From the NCBI GenBank assembly GCA_009786825.1, contig WQRI01000001.1, positions 15,266 through 79,265 on the forward strand: a stretch of 64,000 nucleotides of DNA, read 5' to 3'. Positions 28,172 through 37,207 of the stretch are shown in pieces. This stretch comes from Bacillota bacterium (GTDB lineage Bacteria; Bacillota; Clostridia; Christensenellales; WQRI01). The notes under the pieces were generated by a model that saw nothing but the letters and a program-made list of their open reading frames with translations, was not told the DNA's origin and made no database searches. The position numbers and the translations under genes were made by a program. Within the stretch, counting starts at the first letter, position 1. Every line of letters begins with the position of its first letter.

Positions 28172-28327
28172 TGTTGTCGCATTTTGTCGGTTGCTCTAGT
28201 TGCATAATGTTGTCGGGTTTTGTCGAGTTACGAAACACGAAAAAAGCCCGATGCGTTGCATCGGGCTTTTTGTGAAGCATTAAGAATTTACTTTCTTATG
28301 CTTTTTGTTTTTTTGGTTTAGTCCTTA
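28172..28327. repeat. direct repeat copy B
   Basis: See copy A. It includes the same GCCCGATGCGTTGCATCGGGC terminator, here placed just downstream of the giant lipoprotein gene. Confidence 0.9.
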
Positions 28328-28363
28328 TGGGATTTGTTGTGGGTTTTGTTTACGCAAGTTGTA

Positions 28364-31300
28364 TTACTCAATCACTATGTGTATTGTGTGTGTGAATGCC
28401 CCTACAACTACTTCAAGAACTAACTGATTGCCTACGTATAGTCCTGTGCCAAGTGTAACTGTAAGCGTTGCTGTGTCTTCACCTGTATATGCTACAGCTG
28501 TGCTTGCTGGATAACCTGTAACCTCTGGGCTACCAGTTATGCTTGCATCCGTGAAAGACCAAGTGATTGTAGCACCTAACTGTGCGCCTGCTGGAGTTGG
28601 TACAACTGTGAACACTATTGGCGTAGCGTGGTTGGCTGCAACCGTAACAGTTTGAACGCCACCTACTTCTGTAGATGTAAGGCCAGCAGCTTCTACAACT
28701 ATGCCAGTTAGTGCTGGTGGAGCTGTAGGAAGTGCTGCTATTGCTGCAAAGATTATTGCGTTGATTGCACTTGCTGTTGTAAACGTAGCGCCTGTTACTA
28801 CTCTGATTGCTGGTCTCTCGTATGCTGCTGTACCTTCTGCTGTGAAGAAGCCACCTGCCCTTGGTGCATCAGTAGTTGAGTGTGTAGCAAAAGTAGCCCA
28901 CTGTGCAACATCTGCAATGTTCTCGCCTAAGAAAGGCTCGAATGCTGCTGCAATAGTGTTTCCGCTGTTTGCTGCTGAACTACCGATTAGCATTTGAATA
29001 ACGTGACGAGTTCTGGTAGTAGTTATCCACCCGTTTGTTCTTGCGCCCGTGTACTGATTTCTCCAAAGAGTGTCTGGGTTGATTAAGATGTTTACAATGT
29101 AGCCATCTTCGTCTATAACTAGAGTTACTGGTGTTCTACCTGTATTATTCCAGCCACCGAAGTTATTCCAGTCTGCCGCTTCGTTATATGCGCTAACAAA
29201 CCTGTGGTCTGCTACTATTGCTTCTGCCCTTGCTAATAAGTACTCTGCCCACAATAGTGGTAAGAACCTTGCAGTAATTTGTGCTGAATTATCGCCAACT
29301 GCAGTTGAGCCATCTACAACCGCTAGTTGTTGTGCCCAAGTTGCGCTTTCGAACGCTGCTCTTGCTGCTAGTATAAGCGCTCTGTGCTGTATTGCGTTTG
29401 CAAGTGTTATTGTTGGTAAGTTTTCTATTAGATACGTAGCGTGAGCGGCTCTTGTTACAAGTGTAGCGCTTGTTCTTGCTGTGTCTAATGTTGTTCTTGC
29501 TGTGTTTATTTCAGCAACATCTGTTAGTAATAGTGCTGGCTCTGCCGCTGTTATAGCCGCCGCTAGCGCTGATGCGTCCCAAGATGCTGGCGTAACTGTT
29601 GGTTGAAGTGCTTGTGTAGTTGCTATAGATGCTTCTAATAATCTTCTTGCCTCTGCTAGTGTTGTTTCTAGTGCGTTTCTTGCTGCAGTTAGGCTTGCGA
29701 TTACTGGTGCTACTCTGAATGCAACTCTATTTGCCGCTGGTACTTCAGACACCTCAACTGCTGCTGCTCTTGCTGCTACGAAAGGAGTCCACGTTGCAGT
29801 TGTGTTGTAGCCTTGAACAGTTATAGCGTTTGATAGTGCTAATTCTGCCTCTAGTGCCACATTCACCGCTGTTAAAGTGCTGTTAAACGCCGCAATAATA
29901 ACAGCATTGATAGCACTTGCTGTTGTGAAAGTAGCGCCAGTTACTACTGGTATTGCTGGCCTTTGTGTTGCTAGTGCGCCTTGAGCTGTAAACACAGGTG
30001 GTGTTCCGCCCCTAGGAGCATTTGCTTCAGAGTGAGATACAAACACACCAAACTGAGCAACATCTGCAACACTTAAACCTCTAAATACCTCAAACGTAGC
30101 ATCTATTGTTCTGTCTGAGTTTGCAGCCGAACTTCCAATTAACATTTGAAGAACGTGCCTTACTCTGTCTGTAGTTATCCACGCTTGCGTTCTGTCTGCC
30201 TCTGGAAGTTGATTCCACCAAAGACGATTTGGCGTTATTAAAATGTCGTGTATTACACCTGCCTCTGTTACTATTATAGTAACCGGTGTTTGACCAGTTT
30301 GATTCCACACGCCAGCATTGTGACCCGTAGCTTGCATATTATAGCCTGTTATAGTAGTACTACCTGTTGGAGCATCTGCCCTTGCTAAGAAGTACTCTGC
30401 CCACAGTAGCGGTAAGAACCTTGTAGTGATTGCTGCTGCCGCTGCTGTATCTGTTGCAGCATTGTTCGGCATTGCTGTTGCATTTGCCATTACCCAAAGT
30501 TGCTCAGCCCACGTTCCTAGGTTGTCGAAAGCGTACCTTGCTGCTTCTATAGCCGCTCTGTTTTCAACTGCGTTTGCTGCCGTAATGTTTAGTGGACCTA
30601 GTGCTGCAATTAGAGCTAGGGCAAGGCTTTGGTACGTAACAAGAGCATTAGCGCCCTCAACAGCTTGCGCCGTAGTTAATGCACTTGTAAGTGCTGTTCT
30701 TGCTGCGTCTAGTTGCGCCGCTGTTAGCGCATCATTTTCAACCGCAGTTGTTGCAGTTAAAATGTGAGCTGTTATGCCTGAAGCTGTCCAAGAAGCCGCT
30801 GTATGAAGTGCCTCAAGGTTACTAATTCTAAGGATTTCTGCTTGAAGTAGCGCTCTTGCGTGCTCTTCAACTGTTACAAGTGCTTCGTGAGCCGCCCATA
30901 ACGCTTCCATCGCTTGAAGTAATCTGAAAGCTGTTCTGTTGTTGTTTTCTAGTAGTGCGGTTGCTGCTGTTCTTGCATTGTTGAAAGCAGTCCACGTTGC
31001 TGGTGAAAAGTCTGCAGAAGCGTAGTCTTCTACGTCTTCTAATAGCTCTTCCATATATTCTTCTGCTATTTCTAAGAATGTTGCGTTGAATGCTGCGAAA
31101 ATTATTGCGTTAATTGCACTTGCTGTTGTAAACGTAGCGCCACTTACAACTCTAACCGCCATTGTGTTTGTGCCTGTACCAACTGCAACAAAGTGTGAAT
31201 CACTTCTGTGTGCATTTGCTGCGTTGTTAGCGTGAGAACCGAACTTATTAAACTCTGCTACATCTTCGATGTATAAGCCTCTAAATGCTTCGAACGTAGC

Positions 31301-33760
31301 ATCTATTGTTCTGTTACCGAAAGCAGCTGAGCCACCAATGAATAGTTGAACAACGTGTTGCATTCTTGTTGTAGTTACCCAAGAATGGTCTGTGCCTGCT
31401 ACCGGGTCTGTAAACTGATTTCTCCATAAATGAAGTGGGTTGATTAAAATATCGTGTATTACGCCTGCCGGAGTTACTATTATTGTAAGTGGTGTTTGAC
31501 CAGTCTCACCCCACGGAGCTACTGCGTGACCCGTAGCTTGCATATTGTAGCCAGTTATAGTAGTACTACCTGTCGGAGCATCTGCCCTTGCTAAGAAGTA
31601 CTCTGCCCATAAAAGTGGCATAAATCTCTCGGTGAAAGCTGTTGCTTGCGCCGTTGCGCTGTTTCCACTTGGCATTGTTATTGTTATTACCCAAAGTTGC
31701 TGCGCCCACGTTAGGTTATCGAAAGCGTATCTTGCTGCGCGTATATCATCTGCGTTTGCTAGTGCGTTTGCTAGTGTTATAGTAGGTAGGTCTGCGATTA
31801 GACCTAAAGCACGCTCTTGCGCTATAACAACATCTTCCATTGCCTCGTTTAAGCTTGTTAGTGCTGTTGTTAGGCCTGCTGGTGTTCTTGCTGAGTTGAT
31901 TAACATAGCTTCTGCTTCTTGTCTTGCTGTGTTGAATGCAGCCCAACCGCTGAATACATCTACTTCAGCTAGTGGACGAAGTTCTACTAAGCGAGCGCTT
32001 AAAGCATTTTGAGCAACAACAAAAGGAGAAGTTTGTGTAGCAACTATAAAGCCGTTAACAAATGTTGTAGCAGTAATTGTTACGCCCGTGAATGCTGCAA
32101 TATTAACCCCTCTATCTTGAAGTGGTTGTCTGTAAGCAGCACCGTTATCCGCAGGTGTTCCAGTAGCACCTCTGTTTATACCTGTCCCCTCGGTGTTTGC
32201 CGCAATTGGCGTTAATGTTTGAAGAGTAGTAGTAGGAATTGCTAGTAATTGTGCGATTACTGCGCTTACATTTCCTTGAGATGTTGTAGCGTTAACACCT
32301 ATTAACCAATGCCTTGGCCATTGCGTTGAAGTAGTCCATCTACCTGAAATGTCAATCGTTCCCCCGCCCGTGCCTAAGCCTTGAAGTTGTGCGAAGTCCC
32401 AAGAGATTGCTACTGCTGCACCCGTTGTGTTTAAGAATGCTACGTGAACGTTACCCGCTCCGCCTCTGTCTGACTCCCAAGAAGAGTAGCCTGTTATTAT
32501 AGTGTGAGTTGTTGTAGGATGCTCGTATAAGAATATAGAATGCTCTGCTTGTAAGAATGCACCAAACCAAGCCCATATTTCTGCGCTAGGAGCACCAGCA
32601 TTTCCGCTTGGGTCTTCTGTTGGAGATAAAAGCCTTCTTTGTTGCTCCCAAGATAAGTTACCGAAGTAGTATCTGATGTAACCTACATCTTCTATGTCAT
32701 CTGCACTTGGAGTAGCACCGAAAGCACGTAAGTTTACTATTCTGTAAACTACATTTCTGATTTCTAAATCGTGTAGTGCGATGTTGTGTACTGGTGTGTC
32801 GTTTGCTAGTGGGTCTGCGATTATACCCGAGATAGCAATTGTGTTAGCACCTGCAACAAGAGTTGCTGTAAACGTTTGAGCAAGACCAGTTGCTGGTACG
32901 CCAGTTAGTGCTGTTGTGTTATGCGCTACAACTATTGCGTCGTCTATCATAAAGCCTAGTGCTGGAGCAACTGTGAAAGTGAAAGCACCTACTGGTAGCC
33001 TTGCTGGTATTGCTGGCGTTAGTACTGCATTTGCGCCTCCAGTTACTGTTACATCTACAAGCTCTGTTCCGTGATTCCACACAAATACTGTTACTGTTGC
33101 TGTGTGTGTTCCGATAGTTGCTGTAACTGTTGTGTAACCCTCGATTGCTAAAGAGTTAACTTGTACTGTTGCCGTTGCTGTAGTTCCGCTTCTTACTGCT
33201 GTAACTGTTGCTGGAACTGTTGCAACTGTTGGAGCAGAAGACGCTAGAGTCACTATTAGTGGGAACTCGCCTACACCTGTAAGTGTAAGTGTGAATGTAC
33301 CTGTGTTTGGTGTGTTTCCTGTTCCTAGAATTATTTCTAGTGTAGGAACACTTGCTGTAATGTTGCTTACAACACCCGGAACCGCTTCAACTGTGCGTAC
33401 AGCGTACATTGCTGTGTTTACAGTAGAAGTTGCTCTTACTGTGATGTTTCCAACTGCTGTTGCAGATAGAACACCTGCTTCTGTTATAGACGCGCGCTCT
33501 GCTTCAGCTGCGTTTGGTATAGACCACGTAACTGTTTGCGCAGGCTCGTGTTCTCCTTGTACAGTTGCACCAAACGTGATTGTTGTTCCAACGTTAAACT
33601 GATAGTTTGCCGCCGGACCAGTTATGGTTACACCTGTAACTGTTGGAGTTGGGTCTGGCTCGTCGCCATTGTCGTCGCCGTTGCCACAAGCAGCAAGTAC
33701 GAATATCATTGCTGTTGTAAGCGCTAGCGCTAATAGGATTCTAAATAATCTTTTTGACAT
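28364..33760 (-). CDS. giant surface lipoprotein with Ig-like (Big_2-like) domains at both ends and three tandem modules each ending in an FMN_bind-like domain
   Basis: Signal and lipobox MSKRLFRILLALALTTAMIFVLAAC|GNG. There is a Big_2-like segment VTGVTITGP...TVTWSI...VGNITVRATS. Three modules contain ITGYNMQATGH...TIIVT.AGVIHDILI ... VV(S/T)GATFTTASAINA(I/V)I. Confidence 0.75.
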   Translation of the reverse strand: MSKRLFRILLALALTTAMIFVLAACGNGDDNGDEPDPTPTVTGVTITGPAANYQFNVGTTITFGATVQGEHEPAQTVTWSIPNAAEAERASITEAGVLSATAVGNITVRATSTVNTAMYAVRTVEAVPGVVSNITASVPTLEIILGTGNTPNTGTFTLTLTGVGEFPLIVTLASSAPTVATVPATVTAVRSGTTATATVQVNSLAIEGYTTVTATIGTHTATVTVFVWNHGTELVDVTVTGGANAVLTPAIPARLPVGAFTFTVAPALGFMIDDAIVVAHNTTALTGVPATGLAQTFTATLVAGANTIAISGIIADPLANDTPVHNIALHDLEIRNVVYRIVNLRAFGATPSADDIEDVGYIRYYFGNLSWEQQRRLLSPTEDPSGNAGAPSAEIWAWFGAFLQAEHSIFLYEHPTTTHTIITGYSSWESDRGGAGNVHVAFLNTTGAAVAISWDFAQLQGLGTGGGTIDISGRWTTSTQWPRHWLIGVNATTSQGNVSAVIAQLLAIPTTTLQTLTPIAANTEGTGINRGATGTPADNGAAYRQPLQDRGVNIAAFTGVTITATTFVNGFIVATQTSPFVVAQNALSARLVELRPLAEVDVFSGWAAFNTARQEAEAMLINSARTPAGLTTALTSLNEAMEDVVIAQERALGLIADLPTITLANALANADDIRAARYAFDNLTWAQQLWVITITMPSGNSATAQATAFTERFMPLLWAEYFLARADAPTGSTTITGYNMQATGHAVAPWGETGQTPLTIIVTPAGVIHDILINPLHLWRNQFTDPVAGTDHSWVTTTRMQHVVQLFIGGSAAFGNRTIDATFEAFRGLYIEDVAEFNKFGSHANNAANAHRSDSHFVAVGTGTNTMAVRVVSGATFTTASAINAIIFAAFNATFLEIAEEYMEELLEDVEDYASADFSPATWTAFNNARTAATALLENNNRTAFRLLQAMEALWAAHEALVTVEEHARALLQAEILRISNLEALHTAASWTASGITAHILTATTAVENDALTAAQLDAARTALTSALTTAQAVEGANALVTYQSLALALIAALGPLNITAANAVENRAAIEAARYAFDNLGTWAEQLWVMANATAMPNNAATDTAAAAAITTRFLPLLWAEYFLARADAPTGSTTITGYNMQATGHNAGVWNQTGQTPVTIIVTEAGVIHDILITPNRLWWNQLPEADRTQAWITTDRVRHVLQMLIGSSAANSDRTIDATFEVFRGLSVADVAQFGVFVSHSEANAPRGGTPPVFTAQGALATQRPAIPVVTGATFTTASAINAVIIAAFNSTLTAVNVALEAELALSNAITVQGYNTTATWTPFVAARAAAVEVSEVPAANRVAFRVAPVIASLTAARNALETTLAEARRLLEASIATTQALQPTVTPASWDASALAAAITAAEPALLLTDVAEINTARTTLDTARTSATLVTRAAHATYLIENLPTITLANAIQHRALILAARAAFESATWAQQLAVVDGSTAVGDNSAQITARFLPLLWAEYLLARAEAIVADHRFVSAYNEAADWNNFGGWNNTGRTPVTLVIDEDGYIVNILINPDTLWRNQYTGARTNGWITTTRTRHVIQMLIGSSAANSGNTIAAAFEPFLGENIADVAQWATFATHSTTDAPRAGGFFTAEGTAAYERPAIRVVTGATFTTASAINAIIFAAIAALPTAPPALTGIVVEAAGLTSTEVGGVQTVTVAANHATPIVFTVVPTPAGAQLGATITWSFTDASITGSPEVTGYPASTAVAYTGEDTATLTVTLGTGLYVGNQLVLEVVVGAFTHTIHIVIE
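28745..32000. repeat. three tandem intragenic repeats of about 1.15-1.2 kb inside the lipoprotein gene
   Basis: Long near-identical stretches, e.g. 30320-30420 vs 31526-31625 (GTGACCCGTAGCTTGCATATT.TAGCC.GTTATAGTAGTACTACCTGT.GGAGCATCTGCCCTTGCTAAGAAGTACTCTGCCCA). The SGAT-coding blocks lie near 28790, 29935 and 31140. Confidence 0.8.
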
Positions 33761-34163
33761 TTAGTTTTTCCCTCCTTAAATAAATTTGTTTTTTAATGAT
33801 TAGGTTTCACCTAATCAGCGGTCAGGTTTCAGCGTTCAGGGATGAGGTTTTGGGGTTTTGTAACCTTTGGCTCATCGCTGGTTGCTGTTTGCTGGTCGCT
33901 GAATTTGGCGTTCCCGCCGAATTCGACGGGGTGGTTATTTTTGCCTTGTGGGCTTTTTTATGTAACCCACAAGGGCTACTGGTTTGTTGTTGTATAAATG
34001 TTTACTGGTATTTAGGTTATTGCCACAAATTTGTGCTTTTATAACTATTGCCCCGAATATGCACAAAGTTTTTTGTACATACACAAAGTCTTACTTTTTT
34101 AGCAACTAAAAAAGGGCAGACCTGTATCAGTATACAACTATACAGTAACATTTTACATTAAAA

Positions 34164-34197
34164 GAAAAAGTGTGTCAACTAAATTGGCACACTTTTT
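34164..34197 (-). terminator. hairpin terminator after the four-helix-bundle gene
   Basis: AAAAAGTGTGTCAA-CTAAA-TTGGCACACTTTTT (one mismatch), with T-rich sequence on the minus strand. Confidence 0.5.
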
Positions 34198-34380
34198 GGA
34201 ATATGAACGGGGTGTTAAAATTGTTAAAATTGCCCGTTGGGCAATTTCAGGGATGAGCGGAGAGCGAACAGGGACGAGTTTTTGGGTTCTCGGGCATAGG
34301 TGGCTTGCATTGAACTTTTGTTTTTGGTTTTTATACTGCCTCTTCCGCTCGGTGAGCGAACAGGGATGAGTTCTTGGGTC

Positions 34381-34746
34381 TTACAACTGCTCGTTTAGTT
34401 TCTTGATTATTGAAATAAGCATTTTTCTTGTTTCTTCTAGCAACGATATACTTTTTTCAACTTCTTTGTTTTTTAGCAAGCCCAAATTCACGCACGCTAG
34501 AATTTGTGTTTCTAGTTCGTATGCTGAACCTCTTGCAACTGATAAAAACTGCCTATACTCTTTAGGCGAGTTTCTGCCCCAGCCTTCTGCTATGTTTGAT
34601 GGGATAGACAGTGCAGAGCGTTGCATTTGGTTTGCTAGAATGTATTTTTGTTCTGGTGGCAGAAGGTTGCATATTTTATAGACTTCTGTTAGAAGGTCCA
34701 TAGATTTTTGCCACACGATAAGTTCTTTAAAACTTTTTATTTTCAT
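34381..34746 (-). CDS. four-helix-bundle protein (23S rRNA intervening-sequence protein family)
   Basis: FKELIVWQKSMDL..EVYK....LP..E.Y.L..QMQRSALSIPSNIAEGWGR.S.KEY.QFL.VARGSAYELETQ. Confidence 0.85.
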   Translation of the reverse strand: MKIKSFKELIVWQKSMDLLTEVYKICNLLPPEQKYILANQMQRSALSIPSNIAEGWGRNSPKEYRQFLSVARGSAYELETQILACVNLGLLKNKEVEKSISLLEETRKMLISIIKKLNEQL

Positions 34747-34877
34747 AATGCTTTTGTTGAGGGATGAGCGGCGAGCGAACAGCGATGAGTTTTTGGCTTT
34801 TGCGTTTTAGCGCTTAAGTCTTTTGCTCGGGTTTAGTTTCGCTGAAGTCTGGTCTCTGGTCGCTGAACCCTGAACGC

Positions 34878-35144
34878 TTAAAATAGGTCTGAGTGTGTGC
34901 CGACCGCCATAAAGTAGATAGCGTTGTCGTCTATATCCCAAACTAGCAGTAAGTCGTTTGATACGTGGCACTCCCATAGCCCTTTATAGTTTCCTTTTAG
35001 TTTGTGTGGTCTGTGAACCTTATCTAAAGGCACTTGGTTTGCCAACTTGTCCATAATCTCTTCTAGTTTTGTAAGGTCTACGCCTCTTTTAACTAGCCTT
35101 TTTAAGTCTCTTTTGAAATTGTTGGTCTGTACAACATTTAGCAT
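34878..35144 (-). CDS. yafQ: type II toxin, YafQ family mRNA interferase
   Basis: FKRDLKRLVKRGVDLTKL ... HKLKGNYKGLWECHVSNDLLLVW ... GTHSDLF. Start moved to MLNVVQ, 1 nt after the dinJ stop. Confidence 0.85.
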   Translation of the reverse strand: MLNVVQTNNFKRDLKRLVKRGVDLTKLEEIMDKLANQVPLDKVHRPHKLKGNYKGLWECHVSNDLLLVWDIDDNAIYFMAVGTHSDLF

Positions 35145-35145
35145 A

Positions 35146-35421
35146 TTAGTCCTCCATAGCCTCTGCAAAAATTGCTTCTATGGTTGTATAGTTCTTTGGG
35201 ATTTTGCCCGCTTTCATTAACTCGACTTCTCGCCTTGCGCTTAGAATGTCGGACTTAGGCTCTAGCGTAACCGGGAACGGCAAGCCTTTGTGTATTGTAA
35301 CTTGCCTTAAAAATACATTTACTGCCTCGCCGGTAGACAGCCCAAGTTGTTTAAGAACACTATCCGCTTCTTTTTTTAGGTCTGGGGATAGCCTAATGTG
35401 TAGTACTTCACTTTTTGCCAT
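35146..35421 (-). CDS. dinJ: type II antitoxin, RelB/DinJ family
   Basis: IRLSPDLKKEADSVLKQLGLSTGEAVNVFLRQVTIHKGLPFPV. Confidence 0.85.
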   Translation of the reverse strand: MAKSEVLHIRLSPDLKKEADSVLKQLGLSTGEAVNVFLRQVTIHKGLPFPVTLEPKSDILSARREVELMKAGKIPKNYTTIEAIFAEAMED

Positions 35422-35451
35422 AAATTTACCTCCGCTTTAATAGCATATGTA

Positions 35452-35481
35452 ATTGTATCACATTTAGTATACATTTGTCAA
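35452..35481 (-). promoter_or_regulatory. candidate promoter of dinJ-yafQ
   Basis: The minus strand reads TTGACA-18 nt-TACAAT with a TG extension, followed by the SD GCGGAGGT. Confidence 0.5.
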
Positions 35482-35608
35482 ACATTTTGCATAAAGTTTT
35501 TTATGGTTGCTCGAACTGGCTTGGTCGCTGAAACCTGAACGCTTATCCCTAAACCCTGAGCGCTGGTCGCTGGTCGTTGCTAAATTGTTCGCCTATCGGG
35601 TGAACAAA

Positions 35609-36838
35609 TTAGCCCGGGGCTTTGAAGTTGTAGAGTACTCTTAGGCGGCGGGTGATTTCGGCGGTTGGGGGGATGTGGGCGGTGATTTCGTTTAGGGGTT
35701 TGTAGGCGAATGGGGCTTCATCTAGGGTAGAGCGTTTGATTGTTGTTGAGTGAATGCCTTGCATTGCCTTTTGGAAGTCTTCCATTTTTAAGTTTTTTAG
35801 GGCGGCGGTACGGCTCATTATTCTGCCCGCGCCGTGTGGGGCTGAGTTGTTCCAGTCTGGGTTTCCTTTGCCTACTGCTATAATGCTTCCGTCTCGCATA
35901 TTGAATGGGATAAGCACTTGCTCGCCTTTATGGGCTGAGATTGCGCCTTTGCGCAGTATCATATCGCGCGGGTCTATAAAGTTATGTACTGTTGTAAAAC
36001 TTTCTGCCGCCTGAAGCCCTACGCGGCGCGTTATATCTTCTACAATTGCACGGCGGTTTATTGCCGCGTACTCTTGTAGGATTGTCATATCGTGAATGTA
36101 GTCGTTGAACCCCTCGCCAATTAAAAACTCTAGCCCGCTGTCTATTCGATAGTCTGCTTTTAGAGTTTTGCGCGTTTGGTGAAGTTGCTTTACCGCAAGG
36201 CGCTGATAATACTCGCACGTTTTGTGACCAATATTACGCGAGCCGGAATGAACCACTAAGTAGATATCGCCACACGATGTGCCGTTACCTTTTTCATCTG
36301 CCTCACACCCGCACGGCATTTTGCCAACAAGCCCTGAGAGTGTACCGCCTGCTGTCTTTGGTTTTGTAGCATCACAGCGGTTAAGTTCTATGAAGTGGTT
36401 GCCGCCGCCTAGCGTACCCATAGATAAAACTGCCCTGTCTATCGCTTTGCTGCCTAGTATTTTGGCAATTTTAAGTTTGTTTAGGCTTGCTTTTTCTATG
36501 TATGGGTGTGGGGCTTTTCGCACGTTATGGCCACTCGGTATGTTTCTGTGAATCTCGCGGTCTAGTTTTTCTAGGTCTATATCTTTTTGTTTTAAGCGGA
36601 CAGTTTCCATTCCGCAGCCGATGTCTACGCCTACCATATTTGGCACGACCTTATCTTTTACTGTGATTGTTGTGCCTATTGTAGAGCCGGCGCCCGCGTG
36701 AGTGTCTGGCATTATTCTGATTGTTGCGCCCTGAACAAACCCTTGCTCTAGTAGGGTTTTGATTTGTTCCATTGTTTTTTCTTCTACTTTGTCTGTGAAA
36801 ATTTTTGCTGTGCCGTATGTTCCTTTAACTTCTATCAT
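35609..36838 (-). CDS. rtcB: RNA-splicing ligase RtcB
   Basis: MPDTHAGAGSTIG, GGGNHFIE, VHSGSRNIGH, TVHNFI and APHGAGR motifs. There is a Cys-containing insertion (GKMPCGCEADEKGNGTSCG). Confidence 0.9.
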   Translation of the reverse strand: MIEVKGTYGTAKIFTDKVEEKTMEQIKTLLEQGFVQGATIRIMPDTHAGAGSTIGTTITVKDKVVPNMVGVDIGCGMETVRLKQKDIDLEKLDREIHRNIPSGHNVRKAPHPYIEKASLNKLKIAKILGSKAIDRAVLSMGTLGGGNHFIELNRCDATKPKTAGGTLSGLVGKMPCGCEADEKGNGTSCGDIYLVVHSGSRNIGHKTCEYYQRLAVKQLHQTRKTLKADYRIDSGLEFLIGEGFNDYIHDMTILQEYAAINRRAIVEDITRRVGLQAAESFTTVHNFIDPRDMILRKGAISAHKGEQVLIPFNMRDGSIIAVGKGNPDWNNSAPHGAGRIMSRTAALKNLKMEDFQKAMQGIHSTTIKRSTLDEAPFAYKPLNEITAHIPPTAEITRRLRVLYNFKAPG

Positions 36839-37173
36839 TGCACCTCCTCTTTAGCACGCTCTACTACTTCTGTTAATACTTGTAATTTCTCTAGTAGGCT
36901 TTTGTGCTGAATTTCTGTGATGTGTTTTTCTTCTAGGATTTTGTCTATTATCATACGCGTAAAGCCGAAGCCATTTGCGATATCTTCTAGATTTTTTTTA
37001 AATTCTTGTACTGTGTTTATTTGGTAGAAGATTGAACCTATGCCTGTTCCTGCAAACATAAGTGCATCTATAACATCCATATTTTTATCTGGCTTTGCAT
37101 TTAATTCTTTGCAAAACTCTAAAATTTCTACACCGAAGTGTATAGCGGCATCTTTTGCTTTTTTAAAACCCAT
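36835..37173 (-). CDS. hypothetical helical protein translationally coupled to rtcB
   Basis: A 112-aa ORF with a 4-nt overlap (ATGA) with the rtcB start. It is not archease-like by eye. Confidence 0.5.
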   Translation of the reverse strand: MGFKKAKDAAIHFGVEILEFCKELNAKPDKNMDVIDALMFAGTGIGSIFYQINTVQEFKKNLEDIANGFGFTRMIIDKILEEKHITEIQHKSLLEKLQVLTEVVERAKEEVQ

Positions 37174-37207
37174 AGTCTTTTATCTCCTTTTGGTTGCTTT
37201 TGTTGAT

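Noticed and set aside
28065-28280. A 71-aa minus-strand ORF upstream of the DUF1016 gene
   Set aside because: It lies across the direct repeat and terminator hairpins. The equivalent region of repeat copy A has no ORF, so it is most likely non-coding.
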